DNA of 64,000 nucleotides from Candidatus Forterrea multitransposorum CG_2015-17_Forterrea_25_41 (GTDB taxonomy: Archaea > Iainarchaeota > Iainarchaeia > Iainarchaeales > CSSED10-239): the NCBI GenBank assembly GCA_009392915.1, contig CP045477.1, positions 256,001 to 320,000 on the forward strand, in the 5' to 3' direction. Of the stretch, positions 10,685 through 20,388 are shown in pieces (within the stretch, counting starts at the first letter, position 1; every line of letters starts with the position of its first letter). Below the pieces are notes generated by a model, which saw only the letters and a program-made list of their open reading frames with translations, had not been told where the DNA came from and did no database searches. The position numbers and the translations under genes were made by a program.

Positions 10685-13110
10685 GAAAATATATGAGATA
10701 TTTAAAAAAAATTATTTTAACAGTAATATTAATTACTTTTATTTTACTAGTTCAATCATATGTGTTTTCAGCAAGTTGTAATTTAACTCCAAATCAAACT
10801 TCTCTTAGAACTCTTTCTTTAGGTTGTAGTGGTGATGCTTGTGATTTTGTTTTAATTAAAAGTGAAGATGTATCTTCTCAATATAATTCTTGTATTGATT
10901 CTTGTGATCCTGATAATTATCCTGAAAATTACAAAACTTGTATGACTGATTGTTATGATTCTTCAATTAATTCTACAACTGATATTTCATTAAACAGTTC
11001 TTTAAGTTTTTCAAAATCTTCTGAATGCTCTGATAAAGAAATAAATGTTTCTTTAGCAGCAGATATTAATTTTGAAATGTTAAATGAAACAACTTCTCTT
11101 TCAATTTCAGGTATTGATTCTTTAAATACTAATGGAAAAGATATTATAATTTTTGTAAACAATAATGATAAACTTGGAGATGCAACTTTTAGGTTTGATT
11201 TTAGTGATTTAATAATTTCTGATACTTCTAAAATAATTATGACAACAAAAGAAAGAACTTCAATTACAGATTCTATTAATGGTGGGTGGGATGATTGGAA
11301 AAGAGATGGTATTAAACTTTATTTTAATAATTTAGAAATATTAGAAAATGCATCACTTGATTTAAATATGTATATTCCTAAAAATATTTTTAATGTAATT
11401 GATGAAATAGATATGCCTAGAACTTCACTTGCAGGTGGTGAATTAACTTTTGATGGAAACTTAATAGTTAATAATGGTAATTTAAATATTTATCTAAAAG
11501 CACAAGATAGTCAAGATGGTAGAAATTATATAGATTCTGGAAATTGTTTTGATGATCCAGCTTCACAAGGTGGAACTGTTAAAGAGGCAGGGCACATATT
11601 TTTTAACTTAAATTATTTAGAGAATAATGGTTTACTTTTTTCTAAAATGTTATCTGGAAATGGTGGTATTGGAGGTAATGGATCAAAAGCTCAGGATGGA
11701 TGTCGTGGAGATCCTCCAGGTCATGGTGGTAGAGGGGGAAATGCAGGAGATATTTTTTTATATATTAATAATATAGATAATACTAGTAATATTGATTTTA
11801 ATTTAATTGCAGGAAATGCTGGTCCTGGTGGAGATACAGGTTTTGATGGTGGAAATTCTCGTGAAAATTTTGCTATTGGAGGTTCTGGTGGTAATGGAGG
11901 AAATATTTATTTTTGTAAACCAATTTGGAATTCTGGCTTTAGTTGTTTGATAAATAATTATAATTCATTAATAAATAAAGGTAATTTTAATTTAGTTGCA
12001 AATACTGGTTTTGGAAATAATGGTGGAAATAAGAATAATCATCCTGATGAAGGTAGAGCAGGAGATGGAGGAGATGGTGGTTCTTATTTATCAAGTTTAA
12101 CGTTTGATTTTATAAGAAACTCTGGAAATTTAAATATTGCTCTTGAAACAGGTTATGGTGGTTTTAAAGGAACTACTGATGGTGGTGAAGATGGTGTTGG
12201 TGGAAGAACTCCTAATTTTTTTATTAATTTCTTAGAAAATTCTTCTGAAAATTTAAATATATTTTTAAACAGTAAACATGAAATTGGTAATCTTGAATCA
12301 GATGTTATTATTGATAAATTACAAAATGGTAGTTATCTACCAAGTATGATATATACTGTTTTTACTGATTGGACTTTTACACCTAGTGAAGAGTGTGCAA
12401 TTAGTTGTCAATCTAAATTTGATTCTTGTTATCATTTGCCTTCAGCTTGTAATAGATTTTTAGATATGTGTTTATATACTTGTGATAAAACTACAGAAGA
12501 TCTTGAAACTGTTACACAAAATAGAAAAATAAAAATTAATGATGCATGTTATGTTAAACAACCATCAAGTGCTTTAGATTATATGACTGGATTTATATAT
12601 GTTAATTCTGCAAATAAAGATGTTTTTGAAAATCTTCTTCCAGAAAATGTTTCTTCTAATCTTACTAATAACTCAGAATGTGTAATCTGTGATTATTATG
12701 ATTTTGAAAATTTAAATGAAATATTTCCAACAGGTTCTGGAAATAAATTCTTTAAAAACTATACTTTATATTCTACAGTTCAAGGAAAAATTAATGCAGG
12801 AGATTTAGAAATACATTATGCTAAAAATGATCTATCTTTTACAAAAATAAATAAGCTTTATAATCCTTTTACAAAAGAAAATAATCTCCCACTTTATTCT
12901 AATAAACAAGATATAACAAGTAGTCAAGAACCTAATTCTCTAGGTTTGTATGAATATAATATAGATGCAAGTAATCTTGAATGGTATTATGATAAAGAAA
13001 TGGACTTATCAGAAAAAGATTTATATTGTTATAATCAAAATTATAGAATTGAAGGAAAAATAGGAACTAAGATTTTTAACTTCCCATTTACTCCATTATT
13101 TAAAAATTAA
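10681..13110 (+). CDS. Secreted Cys-rich, Gly-rich repeat protein (809 aa). It carries about 6 copies of an xNLNIxLxxG beta-strand-like motif, each followed by a GGxGG-type glycine stretch. The N- and C-terminal regions are Cys-rich.
   Basis: Signal-peptide-like N-terminus (ILTVILITFILLVQSYVFSASC). Internal repeats NGNLNIYLKAQD, NTSNIDFNLIAGNAGPGG, NKGNFNLVANTGFGNNGG, NSGNLNIALETGYGG, SSENLNIFLNS, separated by GGIGGNGS / GHGGRGGNAGD / GGSGGNGGN / GDGGDGG / GGEDGVGG stretches. Many Cys before aa 100 and after aa 550. Confidence 0.7.
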   Translation: MRKYMRYLKKIILTVILITFILLVQSYVFSASCNLTPNQTSLRTLSLGCSGDACDFVLIKSEDVSSQYNSCIDSCDPDNYPENYKTCMTDCYDSSINSTTDISLNSSLSFSKSSECSDKEINVSLAADINFEMLNETTSLSISGIDSLNTNGKDIIIFVNNNDKLGDATFRFDFSDLIISDTSKIIMTTKERTSITDSINGGWDDWKRDGIKLYFNNLEILENASLDLNMYIPKNIFNVIDEIDMPRTSLAGGELTFDGNLIVNNGNLNIYLKAQDSQDGRNYIDSGNCFDDPASQGGTVKEAGHIFFNLNYLENNGLLFSKMLSGNGGIGGNGSKAQDGCRGDPPGHGGRGGNAGDIFLYINNIDNTSNIDFNLIAGNAGPGGDTGFDGGNSRENFAIGGSGGNGGNIYFCKPIWNSGFSCLINNYNSLINKGNFNLVANTGFGNNGGNKNNHPDEGRAGDGGDGGSYLSSLTFDFIRNSGNLNIALETGYGGFKGTTDGGEDGVGGRTPNFFINFLENSSENLNIFLNSKHEIGNLESDVIIDKLQNGSYLPSMIYTVFTDWTFTPSEECAISCQSKFDSCYHLPSACNRFLDMCLYTCDKTTEDLETVTQNRKIKINDACYVKQPSSALDYMTGFIYVNSANKDVFENLLPENVSSNLTNNSECVICDYYDFENLNEIFPTGSGNKFFKNYTLYSTVQGKINAGDLEIHYAKNDLSFTKINKLYNPFTKENNLPLYSNKQDITSSQEPNSLGLYEYNIDASNLEWYYDKEMDLSEKDLYCYNQNYRIEGKIGTKIFNFPFTPLFKN

Positions 13111-13133
13111 TTTAAAAAAAGAGAAGAAAGAAT

Positions 13134-16100
13134 ATGTCAATATTTAAAAAATCAAGAGACAAAATAGAAGCAGAAAAGCTATATGCTCTTTTATCAGACA
13201 AAACTACAAACTATACTCTAGAGGATATTAAAGAGACTATTAAAAAACAAGGTTATTCTGATAAAGTTTCTTCAATTGTTGTAAAGATGATTACAGATAA
13301 TAAACTTCCTTTAAAAGATTCAGTTAATAAAACAAAAACAAAAGAAGAAGTCTTAAAAGAATTATCAGCTTCTGTTGATAAAAACTTCTCTAAACAAAAT
13401 CCAAAAGATTCTTCAAAAGATTCAAAAAAAGAAGATAAAAATAATCAAAAAGAAAATACAAAAAAACAAGAAGATATTAAAAAAGAAGATTCTAAAAAAC
13501 AAAAAGAAGATCTTAAAAAAACAAAAGAAACAAATTTAAAAAATATTAATAAAGTTCCTTTCTTTACAAAAGTAAAAACTTTCTTTAAAAGAATATATTT
13601 CTTTTTTGAAGATAATTACTATAAGATGGTTGATGGTGTAAGTAAAGTTATACCTCTAAACAAATTAACAGACAAAATAGATAAAGTTTTCCCAAGTTTC
13701 ATATTATTCTTATTAATCTTAGCTTTATTGATATATTTAATACTTTCAGGAAGTTTATCTTTCTCTAAAACTTGGACAGTTGCTGTAGAGGTTTATGACC
13801 CATCTTCTGTACCCTTAAAAGATGTTTCTGTAACTTTAATGCTTAAAGATGAAAATTTTTCAACTTTAAAAACAGATATTTTTGGTGAAGTTATTTTTAG
13901 TGATTTTAAATCTAGAAAACAAAATATTAATTTAATAGCTTCTAAAGATAATTATGATACAGTTGAACATTCCTTTAAATTAAGTAAAAGTAATTTAAGA
14001 CAAAAGTTATATCTTCCAACAGATGTAAATTCTAAGATTGATCCTTCAGAAGAAGAAGTAAGAGAAATTTCTTTTGTTGAAAATAATACTGTTTTAATAA
14101 CAGATTCTGTATTAACTACAAATTTTTCTTGTACTAATGCAGATGTAGAACCTAATCCTACAAGAAAAGTTATTTCTTCAGGAAAGGTAACAGTTACAAC
14201 TTATTCTGGTTGTGGTGCTTTAAGAGTTTCTGTAACTTCAGATGATTTTTCTTCAATTACAAATCAAGTTATAAATTCTTCAAATAAAGTAAATCTTACA
14301 AGAATTAATCTTGATAGAGGTAATTTAGGTTTCTCTGTTAAAAACATATCTGGAAGTTCAATTCCTGGAACAGAAGTTAAAGTTTATAGTTCTTCAAACA
14401 CTACTTTTCCTCATGATACAACCACAACTGATCTTTATGGTTTAGGTGAGTTTAGTTTAGAACCTAAAAGTTATTTTTTAACTTTCTCAAAAGAAGGTTA
14501 TCTAACAAATCCTTTAAAAGGTCCTTTAACTGTTATTAAAAATGATTCTGTAAACACAGATGTAGTTTTATTTACTTTAGATGATCTTTTAGAATTTGAT
14601 TGTTCTGATGATAAATATTCACAATTTTGTATTGCTGATGAAATTGATTGTTTTAATCCAAACTTAAAACCATTTTTAATAAATAATGCTGATGGTTCTT
14701 GTACAATTGGAAGACCAGGTTATATTTCTGTAACTTTAAAAGATGTTAATTCTGGAGAACCTGTATATGCAGATATAACTTTAGATTCAAAATTAAAAGA
14801 ATCTGATCAAAACTTTTCTCTTGGTGAACATATTGCAAGGGATACTAATTTCTATACTTTTAATGTTATTGATTTCTATAATTATAGAGTAAGAGTTTTA
14901 AATACAGAAGAGAGTGGTTATCTTCAACCAGATCCAGTCACTGTAAACGGTATTGATCAAAATATAACAGTTAATTTAGAATATTCTTCTTCCCTTAACT
15001 CAGGAGATATTTCAGTAAATGTTAAGAGTGCAGATATGCCTATCTCAAATGCAAGAGTTTATTTATATAAAGAGTTTGAAGATGATTTTGTTTTAGTAAA
15101 TTCTGATCCATTATTTACAAATCAAAATGGAGATGTTAATTTTTATTCTCAAAGAGCAAATAGAGATTATTATGCTTATGCTTTACATAATGTTTTAGAT
15201 AAACAAGGAACTTCACAAACAGATGATTTAGATGTTAACTCAATACTTGATTTATCAATAGATCTTGAAGATATTCCAAAGATATTAAATCTAAAGGTAA
15301 GTCCAAGTATTTCTTATGATATTAATTTTTATAATTCTTCAGATAATCTTGTAACTGAATATGTAAGAACAGATCTTGAAGATGGAAATTCTCTTTATTA
15401 TTTTACAGGTTCTATAAATAAAGTTTATGCAGTTGTTTCTTCTTCAGGTTATACTACCTATCAAACAGATTATATTACTTTAATACCTGATCAAGAAGTT
15501 TATAAAACAGTTAATCTTTCTACACTTTCTTCTTGTGAAGACTCTAAGTTAGAAATTTTAGGTCTTTATGATGGTTCTGGAGTTTTAGAAATTGATAATA
15601 TTGATTTTGTTGAAAATGATTTAGATAAAGAATACAGATTAAAGTTTAAATATATTTCATGTACAGAAGATGAAGAATACAATCAAGCTACTTTAAGACT
15701 TGGAAGACAAGGTTTAATAGATGATGAATATTTATTCTTTGTTTCAGATCAATTTACTTCTCAAGATATAGATGTTACAAGAGGTTATAAATTTTCACAA
15801 GAACATATACCTGACTTTAATTTTGATCTTTTCAATCTTAATTATTCTCAAGATAGATCTTATGATTATTCTGGTGAAGGTTATAAATGGATTGAAATTG
15901 ATTTTGAAAAATTAAATTCTGATATCTTAGAGTTTTCAACTAACTTTAAGTTCAGAGAAGATTCAATTGTTCCTTTTGAAAACTATGTTTTAAATTATAA
16001 ATCATTTGCAAGTATTTATGATGAACTTTATTCTTTTGATCCTGTTTTAAATGAATCTTGGACAGAGATACCAATCTATCCTAATGGTTATTTTTATGCA

Positions 16101-19100
16101 GAAACAAACAAATATTTAATACCTTTTGAAAATACAGATTATATTTATTCTGTAAAATTAAAAGACTGGAATCAAAATCTTTTAGAAGAATATGCTGGTG
16201 GTTATCCTGTATCTATTAATAATTTTTATAAATATGATCTAAGTTATTTATATTTAAATCAAACAGAAAGAAACGGTAGTGTTTTACAATCTTCTCAATA
16301 TACAAATAATAATTTAGATTATTTAAGTTATGGTTATACTTCATCTTTAGGTAACTCAAGTTCAGGAGATACTCAAAATGCTACAAATAACATGACTTCA
16401 TTTTTAATACTTCCAGATTATAATACTCTTCCAGGTTCAACAGATACTACTATAAATCAAGAAATCTATTATCATATTAATGTTGATGATTATAATTATT
16501 CTTTAGATGATATTAATGCAGAGATTGGTTATTATTTAAATACTTATACTCTTTTAGAGCCAAAAGGTTTTTTTGAAAATACTAATTTTTCAGATTCAAG
16601 TATTATTTCTGATGTTTTAGATGAGTACCCTTTAGTTAATACAAGTATTTATTCTTATTTATCTGATGAAAATTTTATATTTAATATTTCAACTAACTTT
16701 TCAGGAAACAGAATAATTATTGGTGAAAATAATTTAGGTTTTAAAGTTTTAGATAATTATGGTTCTCCAGTTTCAAATGTTTTAATAAAGTATAAAGTTG
16801 ATGGTGATGAGCTTATAACTTTAGGGTCTACAAATGAACAAGGTATGCTTAGTGATCAAAATATTTTTATAAATCTTTCAGATATTGGAAAAAATATTAA
16901 TTTTGTATTTTTGTTTTCTCCAGAGTTTGGTTTCCTTGCAAACACAGTTGTAAGAAACAAAGAAATCTATTCTGGATTTTCAATAGTTCCAGAAGATATT
17001 AATTTATCTGCAAGTTATTATATTTTAAATGATCAAGTTATAATTGATCAAGTTTCTACAAATAATTATAATCTTTTAAAAGAAACAAATTATTCAAGCA
17101 CTTTAGAAGAAATTGATTTTGTTGGAGAATCAAGTTTGTTTAATCTTGATTCTATTAAAAATAAAATGATTGAAGATAATAATCTTGTAAAAGATTTATT
17201 AGAAGGAGAAAATGAAATTATTACAAGTCTTTTCTTAAACAATAATATTTCTCAATCAACAAATCTTTTAGGTTATTATAGAAATGAAATTGATATTAAT
17301 AATTCTTTAACACAATTATTAGATATTAATTCAAATGTTGAAATTATTAATCTAGGTTCAATTAACTATGATTTTAATCTTGAAAAACATTTTATGAAAG
17401 GACTATTAATTGAAAACAATAATGTTTCTCTTGAGCTTATAAAAGAAATAAACGAATTAATTACTTTAGATTTAAATCTTTTATCAGATAACTCTCAAGC
17501 AACATTTGATAGTATTTCTGTAGAGCTTCCTGAATTTTTAGATCTTGAAGAATTTAATGAAGGTTATTCTTCTTTAGTTGGAGAGTCTTTAACTTCTGAT
17601 GGTTTAATAATTCCTCTTAACTTTAAGATTAATAACTCCTATTCAGGTTCTCTTCCAACTCCAAAGGAAGATATTAATTTAACTTTTAATGTTTATCTTG
17701 ATGATAAATTAGTTTCTTTTAATAAAATAATTTCAATAAAAGTATATTCTAAAGATGACATCTTTTTAATAGAGTCTGAAGGAGACTTACAGATCTATTG
17801 TACTGTTGAAAATTGTTCTCAAAAAAAATCTTTTACTTTTAAAAAATTAGTTAATAATTATATATTAAATCTAAATAAAGAAATTGAAATCAATGAGATG
17901 GATTTAATTGAAGTTTCAAATCTTTTAAGTAATATTAATTTTATTGACCTTTCTGAAAAGAACAGAGCTTTATCTTTTAGTGCCCTATATAATTCTGTTA
18001 ACGAAGAAAATAAACAAGGTAATTTTGATTTAATTTTTAATATTAATATTTTAAATGATTCTTTTAATATAGAAATACCTATTGATTATTTAATTATAAA
18101 ATATTTAGAAGAAGAAACCATAAGTGAAATTACTTTTAATTCCTGTATTGGTGTTGGTGGTCAAGAAAGCAGTAGTGATTTATTTATTTTAGGTTATTGT
18201 CAAGATACCCAAGATACTTGTAAAACAGGAGAATCTGCTGTTCCAAAAGTATTTTTTAATTGGGCAGAATCTGACCTTTCAACAGATTATGACGGAAAAA
18301 CCTGGAATAATGTCTGTATTGGTAATAGCCAAGATACAATGTCAAGTAAATATGCTTGTGATTCCTTACAAATGTTAATTTCAATTTTTAATAAAATTGA
18401 TAATGGTGTAGAAGAATCATTCTATATTAAACTTTTAAATGATGGAATTTCTGATGCTCTTTTAAAAGATTTTATAAATTATAATACACTTTACTTAGGT
18501 TATGATAAACCTAGTGAAGAGATCTTTTCAGAAGATGCAGTTGATGATGGTTTATTTAAAATAACAATTAATAATTCTCCAGAAATTAAAATTTTCCAAC
18601 CTGGTATCTATAAAGTTTTAGTATATGGTGATGATTCAGGAAATGCATATATGGGAAGAGAAGAAGATCAAATGATAGATATACGTCTAGAAAAGGTAAG
18701 TGATCTTCCTGCATCAGAGATAAGTGTATTCCACTATATGCCATTTAATGGTAATTTAGGTTTAGATGGTACAAGAGAGGGTTACGGTATTAAAAATCAA
18801 GATAGTGATGTTGCTCAATTAACTCAAGATGTTGATATTAATTATATTGATGTTATAGATGAAATAATTCAACTATCTTTAACTAATAATAATCTAGAAA
18901 CTTCTCACTTAACACAAACATTAAAGTCTGAAGGAAAAATACTTGAATTAAATAAATATGATAGTGTTGTTGAAATGATTTATTCTCCTTCATATCCAGT
19001 ACCAATATATTCTCATGTAGCATGTATTGATAAAGATGATTTTAGTTATAATCTTTATGAAAATAATAATGCTTTAGATAATATTATAGGTGGATCATTT

Positions 19101-19577
19101 ATTGATTGGAATTTTAATAATACCATAAGATCAGATGTTAAAACAACAGTAACAGGAGATGTTACTAGATACGTATTTAACAATAATAATTTAGAAGGTT
19201 CTTTAAACCTTAATTCAATGTTATATCTTCCTGTAAAATTAAATATTGATTCTTTAAAACTTAAAACCACAGAGTTTGCAAATAATAAAAATACAACTTT
19301 ATTTACAAAGAATAATTTTACAGGTGTAAATCAAGCAGATTTAGTTTTCTCTGAAGATGATTATGTTCTTGGAAATGATTTAATAAACCTTAATACTATT
19401 AAAGGTTTATTTAATTTTATAAGTCAAGAAAAAGCATGTATTGAAAAATCTATTGATAACACAACTATTAAATGGATTGATGAAAAAGTTAATTTTACAG
19501 AACAAGAATTACTTGATATAAATAGTAATATTCCTTCTGATTATTCTTGTCTTGAAGGAGAGGTAATCATAGATTAA
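13134..19577 (+). CDS. Giant (2147 aa) membrane-anchored surface protein. A ~185-aa Lys/Glu-rich N-terminal region precedes a single TM; beta-sandwich repeats and the shared C-terminal module follow.
   Basis: ORF begins 23 nt after the previous gene. KE-rich low-complexity N-terminus. TM segment FPSFILFLLILALLIYLILSG. Repeats of the ...KEGYLTNP / ...DxxGxVxF type. C-terminal motifs GYCQDTQDTCKTGESAVPKVFFNW, FHYMPFNGNLGLDGTREGYGI, EKACIEKSIDN. The true start could instead be the internal Met just before the TM (MVDGVSKV...). Confidence 0.8.
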   Translation: MSIFKKSRDKIEAEKLYALLSDKTTNYTLEDIKETIKKQGYSDKVSSIVVKMITDNKLPLKDSVNKTKTKEEVLKELSASVDKNFSKQNPKDSSKDSKKEDKNNQKENTKKQEDIKKEDSKKQKEDLKKTKETNLKNINKVPFFTKVKTFFKRIYFFFEDNYYKMVDGVSKVIPLNKLTDKIDKVFPSFILFLLILALLIYLILSGSLSFSKTWTVAVEVYDPSSVPLKDVSVTLMLKDENFSTLKTDIFGEVIFSDFKSRKQNINLIASKDNYDTVEHSFKLSKSNLRQKLYLPTDVNSKIDPSEEEVREISFVENNTVLITDSVLTTNFSCTNADVEPNPTRKVISSGKVTVTTYSGCGALRVSVTSDDFSSITNQVINSSNKVNLTRINLDRGNLGFSVKNISGSSIPGTEVKVYSSSNTTFPHDTTTTDLYGLGEFSLEPKSYFLTFSKEGYLTNPLKGPLTVIKNDSVNTDVVLFTLDDLLEFDCSDDKYSQFCIADEIDCFNPNLKPFLINNADGSCTIGRPGYISVTLKDVNSGEPVYADITLDSKLKESDQNFSLGEHIARDTNFYTFNVIDFYNYRVRVLNTEESGYLQPDPVTVNGIDQNITVNLEYSSSLNSGDISVNVKSADMPISNARVYLYKEFEDDFVLVNSDPLFTNQNGDVNFYSQRANRDYYAYALHNVLDKQGTSQTDDLDVNSILDLSIDLEDIPKILNLKVSPSISYDINFYNSSDNLVTEYVRTDLEDGNSLYYFTGSINKVYAVVSSSGYTTYQTDYITLIPDQEVYKTVNLSTLSSCEDSKLEILGLYDGSGVLEIDNIDFVENDLDKEYRLKFKYISCTEDEEYNQATLRLGRQGLIDDEYLFFVSDQFTSQDIDVTRGYKFSQEHIPDFNFDLFNLNYSQDRSYDYSGEGYKWIEIDFEKLNSDILEFSTNFKFREDSIVPFENYVLNYKSFASIYDELYSFDPVLNESWTEIPIYPNGYFYAETNKYLIPFENTDYIYSVKLKDWNQNLLEEYAGGYPVSINNFYKYDLSYLYLNQTERNGSVLQSSQYTNNNLDYLSYGYTSSLGNSSSGDTQNATNNMTSFLILPDYNTLPGSTDTTINQEIYYHINVDDYNYSLDDINAEIGYYLNTYTLLEPKGFFENTNFSDSSIISDVLDEYPLVNTSIYSYLSDENFIFNISTNFSGNRIIIGENNLGFKVLDNYGSPVSNVLIKYKVDGDELITLGSTNEQGMLSDQNIFINLSDIGKNINFVFLFSPEFGFLANTVVRNKEIYSGFSIVPEDINLSASYYILNDQVIIDQVSTNNYNLLKETNYSSTLEEIDFVGESSLFNLDSIKNKMIEDNNLVKDLLEGENEIITSLFLNNNISQSTNLLGYYRNEIDINNSLTQLLDINSNVEIINLGSINYDFNLEKHFMKGLLIENNNVSLELIKEINELITLDLNLLSDNSQATFDSISVELPEFLDLEEFNEGYSSLVGESLTSDGLIIPLNFKINNSYSGSLPTPKEDINLTFNVYLDDKLVSFNKIISIKVYSKDDIFLIESEGDLQIYCTVENCSQKKSFTFKKLVNNYILNLNKEIEINEMDLIEVSNLLSNINFIDLSEKNRALSFSALYNSVNEENKQGNFDLIFNINILNDSFNIEIPIDYLIIKYLEEETISEITFNSCIGVGGQESSSDLFILGYCQDTQDTCKTGESAVPKVFFNWAESDLSTDYDGKTWNNVCIGNSQDTMSSKYACDSLQMLISIFNKIDNGVEESFYIKLLNDGISDALLKDFINYNTLYLGYDKPSEEIFSEDAVDDGLFKITINNSPEIKIFQPGIYKVLVYGDDSGNAYMGREEDQMIDIRLEKVSDLPASEISVFHYMPFNGNLGLDGTREGYGIKNQDSDVAQLTQDVDINYIDVIDEIIQLSLTNNNLETSHLTQTLKSEGKILELNKYDSVVEMIYSPSYPVPIYSHVACIDKDDFSYNLYENNNALDNIIGGSFIDWNFNNTIRSDVKTTVTGDVTRYVFNNNNLEGSLNLNSMLYLPVKLNIDSLKLKTTEFANNKNTTLFTKNNFTGVNQADLVFSEDDYVLGNDLINLNTIKGLFNFISQEKACIEKSIDNTTIKWIDEKVNFTEQELLDINSNIPSDYSCLEGEVIID

Positions 19578-19579
19578 AT

Positions 19580-19951
19580 ATGAGTAATATTTTTTTAAAT
19601 TTTTTAAATGATTTTGATTTAATCTTACAGTTATTTTTAATTCTTACAATCATTGCATTTATCAGAAGAAGAGTAACTCACAATACATTAGCTCTTTTTT
19701 TAATAAGTGTAACAGTTATTGCTATGATCTTTTTATTCTGGCCTGTCTTTAAAATTGGATATATTTTCTATATTCTTTTGTCAGTTGGAGTTGCAGGAAT
19801 ATTTGTTGATTTCTTCTTTATTAGTGCTGGTGGTTCTGCAGAAGAGATGATGGGTAAAAAAATGGAGACTCATGGAACTCCTGGAGCAACTGAACATGCT
19901 GCAAGAAATCAATTAGTTAAAAAAATGGGTGGAAGACCTCCTGGAAGATGA
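19580..19951 (+). CDS. Small polytopic membrane protein (123 aa, about 3 TM) with a basic soluble C-terminus.
   Basis: Starts 3 nt after the giant ORF stop. Hydrophobic helices LILQLFLILTIIAFI, LALFLISVTVIAMIFLFWPVF, IGYIFYILLSVGVAGIFVDFFFI. Confidence 0.5.
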   Translation: MSNIFLNFLNDFDLILQLFLILTIIAFIRRRVTHNTLALFLISVTVIAMIFLFWPVFKIGYIFYILLSVGVAGIFVDFFFISAGGSAEEMMGKKMETHGTPGATEHAARNQLVKKMGGRPPGR

Positions 19952-20306
19952 ATTAAAAATGAATAGTAATAAAGGTTTTTTTGGTGGTATTCCTTTAATT
20001 GCAAAGATATTAGTAGTGTCTGTTATTGCAATTTTGATTGTTCCTGGGGCAATGGCAATTTTTCCTTGGGTTAAGTATGTTATAATGGGTTTAATTGTTT
20101 TTTTTATTTATGAAAACGCAGCACAGGCTTTTGGTGAAAAAAATATTCTTACCTTTATTGTGACTGGTATTTTAGCTTATTTTTTAGTTTATAAATATTT
20201 ATTTCTTACAAGTGCTATAATGATGGCATATTTATTTTTAGGCTTTGGTTTAGTTTCTGTTTTCTTTTGGGGAACTTCTACTCTTTCCAGAAAAGGCAAA
20301 AAATAA
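19929..20306 (+). CDS. Small polytopic membrane protein (125 aa, about 3-4 TM).
   Basis: Overlaps the previous ORF by 23 nt in another frame. Hydrophobic helices IAKILVVSVIAILIVPGAMAIFPW, VIMGLIVFFIY, ILTFIVTGILAYFLVY, MMAYLFLGFGLVSVFFWG. Lys-rich C-terminus. Confidence 0.5.
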   Translation: MEDLLEDELKMNSNKGFFGGIPLIAKILVVSVIAILIVPGAMAIFPWVKYVIMGLIVFFIYENAAQAFGEKNILTFIVTGILAYFLVYKYLFLTSAIMMAYLFLGFGLVSVFFWGTSTLSRKGKK

Positions 20307-20314
20307 TTTTAATA

Positions 20315-20388
20315 GGATCTATGGTGTAGCCTGGATAGCACGTAGGCTTGCGGAGCCTAAAACTTGGGTTCAAATCCCAATAGATCCG
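20315..20388 (+). tRNA. tRNA-Arg (anticodon GCG), 74 nt, no encoded CCA.
   Basis: Hand-folded cloverleaf. Acceptor GGATCTA/TAGATCC with discriminator G. D-stem GTGT/GCAC. Anticodon stem TAGGC/GCCTA with loop TTGCGGA. T-arm TTGGG-TTCAAAT-CCCAA. Confidence 0.7.

Noticed and set aside
10681-13110. Gly-rich segments considered as collagen-like (GXY) triple-helix repeats
   Set aside because: Glycines are not in strict every-third-residue register (GGIGGNGS, GGSGGNGGN). The pattern alternates with hydrophobic strand-like motifs instead, so a solenoid or beta-helix is more likely than collagen.
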